From assembly GCA_964566795.1 (NCBI GenBank), contig CAZMIU010000001.1, positions 150,764 through 214,763 of the forward strand: a stretch of 64,000 bases of DNA, given 5' to 3'. Under the pieces are notes generated by a model. That model ran no database searches and was not told where the DNA came from. It saw only the letters and a program-made list of their open reading frames with translations. Both the position numbers and the translations under genes were made by a program. This DNA is from an uncultured Candidatus Saccharibacteria bacterium (GTDB taxonomy: Bacteria > Patescibacteriota > Minisyncoccia > Phycocordibacterales > SBAW01). Of this stretch, positions 26,341 through 36,193 are shown piece by piece. Position 1 is the first letter of the stretch, and the number at the start of each line of letters is the position of its first letter.

Positions 26341-29151
26341 TCAAGCAACCACAAGCGTCACTATTTTGCCCTTAACATAGAGAGCTTTTTGCTCCTGTTT
26401 GCCCTCAAGCCACTTGCCCGCTGCAGTGCGGGCCTGGGCCAAAATCGCCTCCTCCGTATCGCTCAGATTGACAGAAATAGTGGCACGCACCTTGCCGTTA
26501 ACCTGCACAGCAATGGTTGCAGTATCTGCCAGCAGCCTCGACTCATCGTACGCAGGCCACGAGGCACAAGAGACTCCATAGAACTCTGCAAGCTCCGAGG
26601 CCATGTGCGGCGCAAGCGGATGCAAAAGCTGTATAAATGTGGCATACGAGCCCTTTGGTACCCCCGCCTCATCAAGCTCCTTAAGCGCGATCATGAGCGC
26701 CGATATGGCGGTGTTAAACTTGAGAGCCTCGAGGTCCTCTGTCACCTTTTTGATCACAGGGTCCATGACAATGTCCAAGGCGTCTGTTGGCTCGAGCCTC
26801 CAGACTTTGTCTAAAAAGCGGCGGATGCCAAGAATATTTTTGGTGCTCCACGGCTTCATGGTCTCAATCGGGCCCATAAACATCTCATACATACGCAGTG
26901 TGTCTGCGCCGTACTCTTTAACCACATCATCTGGGTTAATAACGTTGCCCTTGGACTTGCTCATCTTGCTGCTATCCTCGGCCAAAATGATGCCCTGGTG
27001 CCTGAGCTTTTTAAACGGCTCGCCAAAGCTTATTACCCCATGCTTTTGGAGTGCTTTAGTAAAGAAGCGCGCGTACAAAAGGTGGAGCACCGTGTGCTCG
27101 GCGCCGCCCATGTAGAGGTCCACAGGCAGCCAGTTTTTGACCGCCTCTTTGCCCGCAAATTCCTTGTCGTTGCGCGGGTCGGCAAAGCGGTAGTAGTACC
27201 ACGAGGAACAGACAAACGTGTCCATGGTATCAATCTCCGGCCGCCAGCCTTTGCCAAAGATGCGCTCGGTGCGCTCCAAGAGCTCCTTGGACTGCCCCAA
27301 GGGCGAGGTCCCCGTGGGCTTAAACTCTACATCGGTGGGCAGCATCCAGGGCAAATGCTCCTCCGGCACCGGGTGTGCGGTACCCTCCGGGTCGTAGACC
27401 ACCGGTATAGGCGCGCCCCAGTAGCGCTGGCGCGAGATAAGCCAGTCGCGAAGGCGGTAGGTTTTGACCATCTTCCCTCCTACTGCCTCGGTAATCTTTT
27501 TCTTGGCCTCCTCGCTCGGCATGCCGCTAAACTCTCCTGAGTTTATTAGCACACCCGGTCCGGTATAAACATCCCTGCCGGTTTGGACTCTCTCCCATAG
27601 CATCCAAAATTCCGCATGCTGCATGTGCACAGACTCTATCTCTTTGGGCGAAAGCCACTCAACATCGTATTGATCACTCTCCTCTACTGTTACGGGCACT
27701 CGAGTGTCATCTACGAGCTCAAATAAAAAGTGCTCTCCGTGTGTTTGCCGGTTTACATCTTTATGCGCCGCGAAGAAAAAGGCTTCTGTCTCCAACAGGC
27801 TGCGGACAAGACGGATATTCGTGTATCCTGTTTCTTCTGCAATCTCGCGCTTGGCGGCCTCAAGCTTGTCCTCGCCTTCCTCTACCCCGCCCGTAACAAA
27901 CGTGCGCCACCCTGTCTTCTTCCACTTGAGCGTCAGATACTTGTCTGCTTTCGGGTCATAGACTATCGCCAGGATCATGTTGCGCCTGGTATTTTCTTTT
28001 CCCCCGCGCGGCGGGTTGGTCTCATCTACAAGACTCGGCATTACAACTCGCACTATCGGAATATTAAATTTTTGGGCAAACTCGTAGTCGCGCTCGTCGT
28101 GCGCGGGTACGGCCATAATGGCGCCGGTGCCGTACGTCGAGAGCACGTAGTCAGCTATGAAAACTGGAATCTCTTCACGGGTTGCAGGGTTAATGGCCTT
28201 GATGCCCTTAAGCTCGACGCCTGTCTTTTCGCGGCCCTCGGCAGAGCGGTCTATGTCTGACTTATCTTTGGCCTCTTTGGCGTATGCCTCCACTTCATCC
28301 CAGTTGGTGATAGAGGTTTTTAGCTCCGTGACCAAACCATGCTCGGGAGCTACCACCATGTAGGTTGCCCCATAGAGCGTGTCGGGGCGGGTGGTAAATA
28401 CGGTAATTTTTTTGTCGCTGTTTGATATATCAAACACTATTTCAGCCCCTTCACTGCGGCCTATCCAGTTGCGCTGGTTAATTTTGGTAGACTCGGGCCA
28501 GTCTATCTGGTCCAGGTCATCATGGAGCGCGTCGGCAAACTCGGTAATCTTAAAAAACCACTGCTCGAGGTCTTTTTGTATAACCTTGGTGCCGCAGCGA
28601 ACGCACACGCCCTTCTCCCCGCTCTCGGACACTGTCTGCTCGTTGGCGAGCACGGTCTGGTCTTTGGGGCACCAGTTGACCTTTGCAAGCCGCTTGTATG
28701 CGAGCCCGTTGTTGTACAAAAAGAGGAAGAACCACTGCGTCCACTTGTAGTACTCGGGGGTGTGCGCGCCTATCTCGCGATCCCAGTCGTAGGACAGCCC
28801 GAGGCTCTTTATCTGGCGGCGAAAGTTGCCGATGGCGCGGCCGGTGGTCTCCTGCGGTGGCACACCGGTCTTTATCGCGTAGTTCTCGGCGGGCAGGCCA
28901 AACGCGTCCCAGCCCATGGGGTGCATAACGCTTAAGCCCTGCATGCGCTTAAACCGGCTATAGATGTCGGTGGCTGTGTAGCCCTCCACGTGGCCCACAT
29001 GCAGGCCATCTCCTGAGGGATATGGAAACATGTCGAGCACGTAGAGCTTTTTTGAAGTATCTCCTGAGTCGGGTGCGGCAAATGCTTTGGTCTGGTCCCA
29101 ATGGTCCTGCCACTTTTTCTCAATCGAGGAGTGGTCGTATTTGCCTTTCAT
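26341..29151 (-). CDS. leuS: Leucyl-tRNA synthetase with an inserted Nudix hydrolase domain
   Basis: HIGH (HVGHVEGY), editing-domain TTRPDTLYGATY and KMSKS motifs. Residues about 385-500 contain the Nudix box GGVEEGEDKLEAAKREIAEETGY (GX5EX7REUXEEXGU). Confidence 0.95.
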   Translation of the reverse strand: MKGKYDHSSIEKKWQDHWDQTKAFAAPDSGDTSKKLYVLDMFPYPSGDGLHVGHVEGYTATDIYSRFKRMQGLSVMHPMGWDAFGLPAENYAIKTGVPPQETTGRAIGNFRRQIKSLGLSYDWDREIGAHTPEYYKWTQWFFLFLYNNGLAYKRLAKVNWCPKDQTVLANEQTVSESGEKGVCVRCGTKVIQKDLEQWFFKITEFADALHDDLDQIDWPESTKINQRNWIGRSEGAEIVFDISNSDKKITVFTTRPDTLYGATYMVVAPEHGLVTELKTSITNWDEVEAYAKEAKDKSDIDRSAEGREKTGVELKGIKAINPATREEIPVFIADYVLSTYGTGAIMAVPAHDERDYEFAQKFNIPIVRVVMPSLVDETNPPRGGKENTRRNMILAIVYDPKADKYLTLKWKKTGWRTFVTGGVEEGEDKLEAAKREIAEETGYTNIRLVRSLLETEAFFFAAHKDVNRQTHGEHFLFELVDDTRVPVTVEESDQYDVEWLSPKEIESVHMQHAEFWMLWERVQTGRDVYTGPGVLINSGEFSGMPSEEAKKKITEAVGGKMVKTYRLRDWLISRQRYWGAPIPVVYDPEGTAHPVPEEHLPWMLPTDVEFKPTGTSPLGQSKELLERTERIFGKGWRPEIDTMDTFVCSSWYYYRFADPRNDKEFAGKEAVKNWLPVDLYMGGAEHTVLHLLYARFFTKALQKHGVISFGEPFKKLRHQGIILAEDSSKMSKSKGNVINPDDVVKEYGADTLRMYEMFMGPIETMKPWSTKNILGIRRFLDKVWRLEPTDALDIVMDPVIKKVTEDLEALKFNTAISALMIALKELDEAGVPKGSYATFIQLLHPLAPHMASELAEFYGVSCASWPAYDESRLLADTATIAVQVNGKVRATISVNLSDTEEAILAQARTAAGKWLEGKQEQKALYVKGKIVTLVVA

Positions 29152-29182
29152 CGTTACTCAAAATACCACACTTTTTTAATAA

Positions 29183-29215
29183 GAAAACCCGGCCAGCTCA
29201 GCTGGCCGGGTTTTC
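29183..29215. terminator. Perfect 10-bp GC hairpin flanked by A4 and T4 (bidirectional terminator)
   Basis: aaaa-cccggccagc-tca-gctggccggg-tttt between the 29225-30154 gene and the leuS start. Confidence 0.6.
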
Positions 29216-29224
29216 TGATGCGTG

Positions 29225-30154
29225 CTAATTCCTCAAGACCGGATACAGGTCCTTGTCTACCGCGCGGTTAAAGCAGGTGTGGCCCGCGGGATGGTCCCAG
29301 TTTTCATTGCCATAATACGGCTTGGCATACGAAGCCTGCTGCGTGCGGCTCTCTGTGGCAAAAGTGGCACACAACTCAAACGACGGGGCGCTTGCGCTGG
29401 TGTTCTCGTATTCATAGTCTGCACCGCTCACTGGGTCCTTAGGCAAGGTGAAGTACGACAGCGGGTCGCTGAGCGCCTGGAGGTTAGGAGGGAGCTCGCC
29501 CTTCTTCTGCCAGTAGTTTATTACCTCCGACTGGATCATCTGGAGGTCTGAGACGCGCTGGTCGTCAAGGCGCTGCTGGCGTGCCTCCTGCGGAGTGCCG
29601 ATGATAAAGAACCCGGAGACAATAGTGAGCACAATAAGTGCCGCCACGGCCCAGGTAACCGAGCGCGCGAGCCCCGGGTTTTTTGTCCAGTAGCCCCAGA
29701 GGTCGGCCATAAAGTGGAGAAACCCGGCACCCGCCACAAGGAGTACTACAAGCACCTTGAGAAGGAATGCGGCTGTAAGCTCCTCGCCATTGAGGAAGGT
29801 GGTGATAAGCACAATAAGGTCTATAGCAACTGTGGCACCCGCTATAAAGAGCGTGAGGTATAGCGCCCAGCGGCGCACCCAGACGTTGGCCCTTGATGCA
29901 TCATGTGCAATGCTGCGCCTGATTACGCGCATAAGGATAAGGCACAAAGGTGCAAGCACAATGAGCGACGCCATCTCATACGCAACACTCCCCTGGTAGG
30001 GGTTGCCGTAGTAATAGTAGTCGAGCACGTTGGGGAGCGCGTAGTTTATGTAGTCAAACAGAAGCCCTATAAACGCGATGACCGCGCCATACAACGAGAG
30101 CATGGCACCCGCCCACAAAAAGAAGTCCTTCGGCGTCGCTTTAGCTGTATCCAT
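29225..30154 (-). CDS. Hypothetical polytopic membrane protein (about 6 TM) with C-terminal soluble domain
   Basis: Hydropathy pattern only; no family recognised. Confidence 0.5.
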   Translation of the reverse strand: MDTAKATPKDFFLWAGAMLSLYGAVIAFIGLLFDYINYALPNVLDYYYYGNPYQGSVAYEMASLIVLAPLCLILMRVIRRSIAHDASRANVWVRRWALYLTLFIAGATVAIDLIVLITTFLNGEELTAAFLLKVLVVLLVAGAGFLHFMADLWGYWTKNPGLARSVTWAVAALIVLTIVSGFFIIGTPQEARQQRLDDQRVSDLQMIQSEVINYWQKKGELPPNLQALSDPLSYFTLPKDPVSGADYEYENTSASAPSFELCATFATESRTQQASYAKPYYGNENWDHPAGHTCFNRAVDKDLYPVLRN

Positions 30155-30241
30155 ATATAAAGACTAAGACGGTTGGTTATTGTTACGCTTACAGTGTACC
30201 ACCCCTCAAAGCAGAAGGCCCGCGGTACGGCGGGCCTCTTT

Positions 30242-31180
30242 CTATCCGTGCAAAAACTCTATCACGTCGCCTTCTTGGACGATGTACTCTTTGCCCTCGG
30301 TGCGAATCCAGCCCTTATCGCGGGCACCTGCGCGCGAGCCAGCCTCAATGAGCTTTTGCCAGTTGATAACCTCGGCGCGGATAAACTTGGTCTCAAAGTC
30401 GCTGTGTATTGCCGCTCCGGCGCGCGGGGCCGTGCTCCCCCGCTTTACCGTCCAGGCGCGCGTCTCATCCTCGCCGGTGGTAAAGAAGCTCATAAGCCCC
30501 AGGAGCTCGTAGCCCTTTTTAATCAGGTCGTTTACGCCATCCTCAAACACGCCGTACTCCTGCCTAAACTGCTGCTTGTCGTCGCCGCCCAAGTCCTTAA
30601 GCTCGTGCTCGACATTGGCATCGACAATAACCCACGCCTTGTCGGCCAAATACTCCATAAGCCGCCTCCAGCGCTCGTCACCCTGCATCTCGTCGAGGTT
30701 ATGGCCGCCCGACTCTTTGTTGAGCACGTAGAGCACCGGCTTTTTGCTTATCAAATTCTCTTTTTTACCCATGTCGGCCAGCTCGAGCTCGGTGTTAATA
30801 AGCTCTATAGAGGCCAAAGGATCGATGTGCGCCTCGGTCGAGGCCACGTTGGGGTTGTCAAAGATGCGCACCACGTGGGCAATGGCGTCTACCTCGCGGA
30901 TATGCTGCAAAAATTGGTTGCCCAGGCCCTCGCCCTCCGATGCTCCTTTAACCAACCCCGCAATGTCGACAAACTCCACAGCCGCCGGGACCACCTTTTT
31001 AGATTTTGAAAACTCGGCGAGCTTCCCTACGCGCTCATCCGGCACAGCAACCACACCTACCGACGGGTCGATGGTGGCAAACGGGTAGTTTGCAATGAGC
31101 ACGCTCTTTTTAGTAAGAGCATTAAAAAGCGTCGACTTGCCGACGTTTGGGAGCCCAACAATACCAATACTTAAAGCCAT
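30242..31180 (-). CDS. ychF: Ribosome-binding ATPase YchF (Obg-family GTPase, short form)
   Basis: MALSIGIVGLPNVGKSTLFNALTK G1 motif, FATIDP, C-terminal TGS domain. Confidence 0.85.
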   Translation of the reverse strand: MALSIGIVGLPNVGKSTLFNALTKKSVLIANYPFATIDPSVGVVAVPDERVGKLAEFSKSKKVVPAAVEFVDIAGLVKGASEGEGLGNQFLQHIREVDAIAHVVRIFDNPNVASTEAHIDPLASIELINTELELADMGKKENLISKKPVLYVLNKESGGHNLDEMQGDERWRRLMEYLADKAWVIVDANVEHELKDLGGDDKQQFRQEYGVFEDGVNDLIKKGYELLGLMSFFTTGEDETRAWTVKRGSTAPRAGAAIHSDFETKFIRAEVINWQKLIEAGSRAGARDKGWIRTEGKEYIVQEGDVIEFLHG

Positions 31181-31228
31181 ATCGGCCTTACTCTACAATA
31201 CTTTTTAGCTTTTAGCGACCTTATTCTT

Positions 31229-31831
31229 TTAGGAGTTGCGTAGGACTGTTTCTACAGAAATGAGCGTATTAGCATCTACACCAAACACACGCAAGAGAGT
31301 AAGGAGTGATTGTATTTGACCTTCAGTAAACGAGCCGGTCTTGAGCGTCTCTGCACCCAACACAAGGCCAGTGCGAGTGCGGTCGCTCCTGCCTCTGCCT
31401 CCGCCACCGCGGCTTCTATTTGAGCGGGGTTTATCCTCAGGAACTGGAGTCGGTGCTGTAACGGTTACAAAAGCAAGGTTTTTTTGAACAGTCTCGCCGC
31501 TTACAAATTCGCTCTGAGTAACAGGAGTTATGCCCTGCACCTCGCTTTCGCTTGGCTTCTGGACACTAAACGTTATCAAACCGTCGCCCTCTCCCACGAG
31601 CAGCTTTTGCTTAATAGGCTCTGTATAGCCATACACTCCCGCTTCCTGGGTAGTCACGCTGCCTGCCAATTCGGCGCCGTAGTATGCCCGTACAACCGTA
31701 CCTGTGGGTGCTGGAGCACCGTCTATGGTTACATTTCCCCAAAACGACATCGGGAACGCCGGCATAGCTGCCGATGCCATAGCTGGAGCCACAAACAGTA
31801 CAAAAGCAATAAGAAGTTTTTTCATAATCAT
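31229..31831 (-). CDS. Hypothetical secreted protein (signal peptide, Gly/Arg-rich linker)
   Basis: MIMKKLLIAFVLFVAPAMASAA signal peptide; no family. Confidence 0.45.
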   Translation of the reverse strand: MIMKKLLIAFVLFVAPAMASAAMPAFPMSFWGNVTIDGAPAPTGTVVRAYYGAELAGSVTTQEAGVYGYTEPIKQKLLVGEGDGLITFSVQKPSESEVQGITPVTQSEFVSGETVQKNLAFVTVTAPTPVPEDKPRSNRSRGGGGRGRSDRTRTGLVLGAETLKTGSFTEGQIQSLLTLLRVFGVDANTLISVETVLRNS

Positions 31832-31834
31832 GTA

Positions 31835-33016
31835 TTAGCGGATGAAGAGTCCCGTCACAGTATCGGTGCTCATGTCTGAGATGTTGGTAGTGTAGAGGTT
31901 TGCATGACTATCGCCGTAATCGACATCCCACTTAAGGCTTGTTATGCGCACACCAACCGCACCATTATCTACTCCGGTGGGAATAACTACTGTGAAAGTA
32001 AAATTCCTTGTTGTTCCAGGTTCTATCACGTAGCTCCTGTCTCCAGGTATCACCAAGTCATCATCACTAACACCGTCATCAGCGGTAATTATTGCAACAT
32101 ATGTTGAAGTGCCTGTGGTGGAGTCAGTGGTAGTTGCCCATGTCGTACCGTCGTTTATACCTGTTGGAGTTGCCACGGCCCCAACCGTGTCTCCATCAAG
32201 ATGGATGTCCATATCACCCAACGCTGTTACTTTAAATTTGATCTTGAACTCAACAGAATCAGCGTCGCCTGCGATAGCGCCGTTGGTGCGCACCTCAGAG
32301 CTGCTCACAAATTCTGTAGTAATGCCCGGCTCCTCTATGACAGGTACTAGTTCATCTTGGAAGCCGTTATAGTTTGCGCCAGCGTTCTTAATGTATATCG
32401 CATATCCTTTTGTCTCCCTAAAGTCGTGTAGGCTATTTACATCTGCAGGAACAACGACCTTCCACGGGTCGGTAACTGCAACACTATCCCTATTGGTAGG
32501 AAACAAACTGTCAGTAAAATCTACAACCAAGTCGTATGCACCGGTAAGCAGACCGAGTATCTGGCTCGGGTTGTTGGTATCAACCGCATTTGAGCCGACA
32601 GTTTTTGCATACTCAGCATTTGCAACACCAATAGAGTACCAACCCGTGGAGCCAAATGTGCGCTCAAACAATTTTTCATTTGGTGCCAAACCAGACTTGT
32701 AGTTAAAAGTTAGAGTTTTAGAGCTACTTGTTTTGTTATTTATAAAGTAGCCATATAGAGGCTGAAACTCAGTCTGACCAAGATCAGCCATGGTCACCCA
32801 CCCAGAAGGCGCAGAGGCGTCCAGAGCGTATATGTCGAAATTTTCAGAAGTCTCAGCTGCAGAAAAAGAGTGAGAGTCAAGCATCTTTGGGGTCGAAACA
32901 CTATTCCAACCAGGGGCAAGAGTAATATCCTCGCTATACAACACCGCTGCAGAAGAAGATACAGGAACACAAAGTATTAAAATTGCAAACAGACCCACCG
33001 AGTATGCGCGATTCAT
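31835..33016 (-). CDS. Hypothetical secreted Thr/Asp-rich protein (putative surface/adhesin-like)
   Basis: ORF 31835-33073. Start likely MNRAYSVGLFAILILCVPVSSSA (signal peptide) at 33016. Confidence 0.45.
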   Translation of the reverse strand: MNRAYSVGLFAILILCVPVSSSAAVLYSEDITLAPGWNSVSTPKMLDSHSFSAAETSENFDIYALDASAPSGWVTMADLGQTEFQPLYGYFINNKTSSSKTLTFNYKSGLAPNEKLFERTFGSTGWYSIGVANAEYAKTVGSNAVDTNNPSQILGLLTGAYDLVVDFTDSLFPTNRDSVAVTDPWKVVVPADVNSLHDFRETKGYAIYIKNAGANYNGFQDELVPVIEEPGITTEFVSSSEVRTNGAIAGDADSVEFKIKFKVTALGDMDIHLDGDTVGAVATPTGINDGTTWATTTDSTTGTSTYVAIITADDGVSDDDLVIPGDRSYVIEPGTTRNFTFTVVIPTGVDNGAVGVRITSLKWDVDYGDSHANLYTTNISDMSTDTVTGLFIR

Positions 33017-33062
33017 ATGCCGCAATCTAAACATAGATGCACAATAATGCAAAGAGGATACT

Positions 33063-33677
33063 CTACTCGCCATTTTTGCCTAACCAGGCGGCTTGGCGGC
33101 GCCACTCGTTCTTCTTCCACTCCGGGGCCTGGTCGGTGGGGCCAAAGCGCGACAGCTTTACCTTAAACCCGGCAAACCACAAAATCCCCTTCTTTATCTC
33201 GTTGGTATAGTCGCCAAACACAAGCCAGATAAGGTACGGGTGCGTGCCCGACAGCACCACAACGCGCGCACTCTTGCCCTTAAGACGCTTGTACCAGCCG
33301 GTGGCCGGTGTCCCCTGAGCGGTTTTCCTCATGTTAAATGCAAACCCGGGCAGCCACACGCGGTCAAACAACCCCTTAAGGAGGGCGGGCATGGTGCACC
33401 ACCAGTTGGGATATATCACTACAAAATGGTCGCACCAGCGCACGTTGTCTTGGAACTTAAGTAAGTCGGGCTCCAGCGCCTGTATCTCCTTGTAGCCTTT
33501 GTGCAGTATCGGGTCAAACTTCATCTCGCCGAGGTTCATCCGACGCACCTCGTGCCCAGAAGCCTTGGCCGCTGTCTCGTATAAAAGCGCCATCTCGCCC
33601 GAGAGCGTATGCGTGGCATCAGGGTGGCCAAGCAGTATAAATATCTTTTTGTGGCTGTGGTCCTTGAAAAACGACAT
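33063..33677 (-). CDS. Flavodoxin-like-fold NAD(P)H dehydrogenase (quinone), MdaB/KefF/YwrO-like
   Basis: KIFILLGHPDATHTLSGEMALLYE... is the Flavodoxin_2 N-terminal signature. Confidence 0.65.
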   Translation of the reverse strand: MSFFKDHSHKKIFILLGHPDATHTLSGEMALLYETAAKASGHEVRRMNLGEMKFDPILHKGYKEIQALEPDLLKFQDNVRWCDHFVVIYPNWWCTMPALLKGLFDRVWLPGFAFNMRKTAQGTPATGWYKRLKGKSARVVVLSGTHPYLIWLVFGDYTNEIKKGILWFAGFKVKLSRFGPTDQAPEWKKNEWRRQAAWLGKNGE

Positions 33678-33682
33678 GTATA

Positions 33683-34699
33683 TTACTCCTCTCCCATCTT
33701 AACAACCGGTCCGCGCTTTGATCCTCCTATGTCCTCCGGGCGCCTGGGCATAACGTGCAGTGCAGGCAGACCAGTCTCATCAAGCCCGGGCATGGGCACC
33801 GACGGCACTGACGACTCGGGCACCACCTCGACAATTGCCTGCGGCTTGTACGGTGGGGGTGGCGGCGCGGGTACGGGTTTGGGAGCGGGCGGTGGCACAG
33901 GTGCGGGCTTTGGTGCCGGTGCAGGTACTACCGCACGAGGATGAGACGCCTCGACCCTGCTCGGTGCAGGCAGGTCGAGCTCGGCAACCATGGGCAGCAG
34001 GGTGTGGTTTGGATGCACCTCAATCTTTGGGGTTGGAGCGGGCTTGGACGCCGCAGATGCGACTGCTGGTTTGGGTGCAGGAGGTACCCGGTGTTGTGCA
34101 ACAGGAGGCGGGACGGGCTTGGGCTCGGGTTGGAGCTTTGCTTGTTGTGCCGGTGCAGGTTTGGCCGCCACAACAGGCGGACGTTTAAGCGTGCTTTGCC
34201 CGCGCATAATCCACACAAAGACAGCCCACAAAACGCCAAACGTTACAATCCATCCGGCATAAAGCGTGAGTAAAAACGTCCAGCTTACGTCGGGAGCGAG
34301 CGTGTGCACTATAAACAGCGCATACCAGTTGGCACCTTCAAACCCCTCCACAGCATCCTGTGCTACGCCAGTAACACGCCACTCGGTAAAGTGGAGCACA
34401 GCAAGGAGGATTATAACCATCCACTTAAACAAAAACGCCGGCATCACAAGTACGCCAGCGGTGCCGCCCACAAGGTGCAGGGCCACTGCCGCAGCTCCTG
34501 AGACAACAATGACAAAGAGTGCAAACGCGCGCAGGTGGTGCGCCGCGCGCACATAGCCGCGCGTTGTCTCGTTGTGTTTTGCATGCAGCGACAGCAGATG
34601 ACCAATGAGCGTGAGCGTAACTGCACCCACACCCGCCACAATGCCTATCTCTTGTGCCAGAGATATTATCAGCGATACAAGTTCGCCTCCCAAGCTCAT
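33683..34699 (-). CDS. Hypothetical membrane protein with Pro-rich (PAPKP repeat) C-terminal region
   Basis: Four N-terminal TM helices, then PAPAPKPAPVPPPAPKPVPAPPPPPYKP low-complexity region. Confidence 0.45.
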   Translation of the reverse strand: MSLGGELVSLIISLAQEIGIVAGVGAVTLTLIGHLLSLHAKHNETTRGYVRAAHHLRAFALFVIVVSGAAAVALHLVGGTAGVLVMPAFLFKWMVIILLAVLHFTEWRVTGVAQDAVEGFEGANWYALFIVHTLAPDVSWTFLLTLYAGWIVTFGVLWAVFVWIMRGQSTLKRPPVVAAKPAPAQQAKLQPEPKPVPPPVAQHRVPPAPKPAVASAASKPAPTPKIEVHPNHTLLPMVAELDLPAPSRVEASHPRAVVPAPAPKPAPVPPPAPKPVPAPPPPPYKPQAIVEVVPESSVPSVPMPGLDETGLPALHVMPRRPEDIGGSKRGPVVKMGEE

Positions 34700-34799
34700 G
34701 GCCTTATCATAGCGCGGAAAAAATTGATCCCGTCTAGTTTGTGCCTACAAGTTCATTTTCGTCGTCACGAAAATGTCTCGCAGGCCCGCCTCGCAGTCC

Positions 34800-34966
34800 T
34801 GCCAGTGCAGGATATCACTCCGGCCTCCACCTCGTGGTCAGGCGTTCAAAATCGCCGTCGCGATTTTGCCGCACGACCCTGCCTCGCGGTTTTGCCAGTG
34901 CAAAACATCGCTCCGGCTTCCACAAAAGCAGAAAACCACCCGCAGGGGTGGCTTTTCTGTCTTTTG
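34800..34966 (-). repeat. Conserved tRNA-Ala 3'-flank, copy A (terminator hairpin plus ~90 nt shared with 49341-49450, with an internal ~35-nt tandem duplication)
   Basis: About 87 nt are identical to the sequence downstream of the tRNA-Ala(TGC) at 49268, in inverted orientation. It contains the hairpin gccacccctgcgggtgg followed by ttttctgcttttgtgg. Confidence 0.7.
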
Positions 34967-35039
34967 TGGACCCTACCGGGATCGAACCGGTCACCTCTTC
35001 CATGCCATGGAAGCGCTCTACCAAATGAGCTAAGGGCCC
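34967..35039 (-). tRNA. tRNA-Ala (anticodon GGC)
   Basis: Cloverleaf folded by hand: acceptor GGGCCCT/AGGGTCC with G3:U70, anticodon loop AUGGCAU, T-loop TTCGATC, 73 nt, no encoded CCA. Confidence 0.8.
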
Positions 35040-35084
35040 TTATATACCGAGGCATTCTATCACAGCGCAATATTTTTAAACAAG

Positions 35085-35110
35085 AAAGGGCCGCGCGTGC
35101 GCGGCCCTTT
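35085..35110 (-). terminator. 9-bp GC hairpin (gggccgcgc-gt-gcgcggccc) with flanking A/T runs
   Basis: Directly downstream of the minus-strand gene 35114-35413. Confidence 0.5.
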
Positions 35111-35113
35111 ATG

Positions 35114-35413
35114 TTACTGCAGACGCACCCGGAAATGCGCTGCGTTTACCGTACGCAAGAGCCCAAGCCCTTTTGCAAACTGCTGTCTTTGCGGCACAGT
35201 CAGCTTGCCCGGCTTGAGTTGCGACTCAAGCGTATTGGCAACCTCAGCCGGTGACATATGCTCCGGGAGCATAAGATATGTCGGGCCAAAAGCTTTGGCG
35301 ACCAGCTCATAAAACTGGCACAATGCCTCGGTCTCACTCCCCCAGTCGTCGCGGGAGCCGTGCATACCGCAGATAAGACCCTGGGCCAGCTCCCCGGCGC
35401 TCACACTCTTCAT
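35114..35413 (-). CDS. Hypothetical protein (99 aa)
   Basis: ORF with balanced composition and a downstream terminator; no family. Confidence 0.35.
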   Translation of the reverse strand: MKSVSAGELAQGLICGMHGSRDDWGSETEALCQFYELVAKAFGPTYLMLPEHMSPAEVANTLESQLKPGKLTVPQRQQFAKGLGLLRTVNAAHFRVRLQ

Positions 35414-35438
35414 TGGTATCCTCCTTGTGCTGCCTGCT

Positions 35439-36182
35439 TTATAAACCCTGCCCTTTGGCCAAAAGTTGCGCCTGAGCCAGATCCTCCGGGGTATTGATAC
35501 CGTATCCCTCTTCCGGTGACAACCTCACGGTCACAACGGGCTTGTTGTCGGCCAGGGCAATCTCCACCAGGTCGGTTATATGATACTCACCTGTACCCTC
35601 ATTGCGCTTGATCCTCTGCACAGCCGCCTTGAGCCATGCCGCATCACCGCAAAACACATTGGGGTTTACCTCCCGTATCAGCTTCTCATCCTCGGAGGCG
35701 TTTTTATACTCGACAATGCGTGCAAGTGTGCCGTCTGCGTTGCGGACAATCCTGCCAAAGCGCTCAAACGCCGCGCACCAGCCCTCAAACGACTCTACCT
35801 CCACAATACCCATAACAAGAGGCTTGCCCGGCGTGGTATGAGCTTTTTCTAAATTGGCGATAGTCTCTGTGTGCAAAAAGGGGTGGTCGCCGTTGACCAC
35901 AACCACCGTTGCGTCACCTTCGAGTATATCCAGGCCCTGCCTGAGCGCGTCTGCCGTGCCCTCTATTGTTGCTACCTCCACATAGCGGTTGTCGCCCAGC
36001 GCCTGCATAACCTCCTGCGCCTTGTGCCCCACAATCACTATAGGTGTAAGACTCCCCGACTTGGCAAAGGAATGTATGATGCGCTGCGCTATGGGCACGC
36101 CTGCAACCTTGTGCAGGCACTTGGGGAGCTCTGAGAGCATGCGTGTGCCTTTACCCGCAGCAAGGATTATCGGCTGGACCAT
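35439..36182 (-). CDS. Sugar-phosphate nucleotidyltransferase (GlmU N-terminal-domain-like)
   Basis: ILAAGKGTRM nucleotide-binding loop and NTP_transferase fold; 247 aa, no acetyltransferase LbH domain. Confidence 0.7.
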   Translation of the reverse strand: MVQPIILAAGKGTRMLSELPKCLHKVAGVPIAQRIIHSFAKSGSLTPIVIVGHKAQEVMQALGDNRYVEVATIEGTADALRQGLDILEGDATVVVVNGDHPFLHTETIANLEKAHTTPGKPLVMGIVEVESFEGWCAAFERFGRIVRNADGTLARIVEYKNASEDEKLIREVNPNVFCGDAAWLKAAVQRIKRNEGTGEYHITDLVEIALADNKPVVTVRLSPEEGYGINTPEDLAQAQLLAKGQGL

Positions 36183-36193
36183 AGCAATTCAAA

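Noticed and set aside
30173-31009. 278-aa plus-strand ORF antisense to ychF
   Set aside because: It overlaps a well-supported GTPase gene and has no motifs.
34815-35024. 69-aa ORF (and 49262-49465, 67 aa) with near-identical peptide sequences
   Set aside because: Both lie over the tRNA-Ala genes and their shared flank. The similarity is due to the DNA repeat, not to coding.
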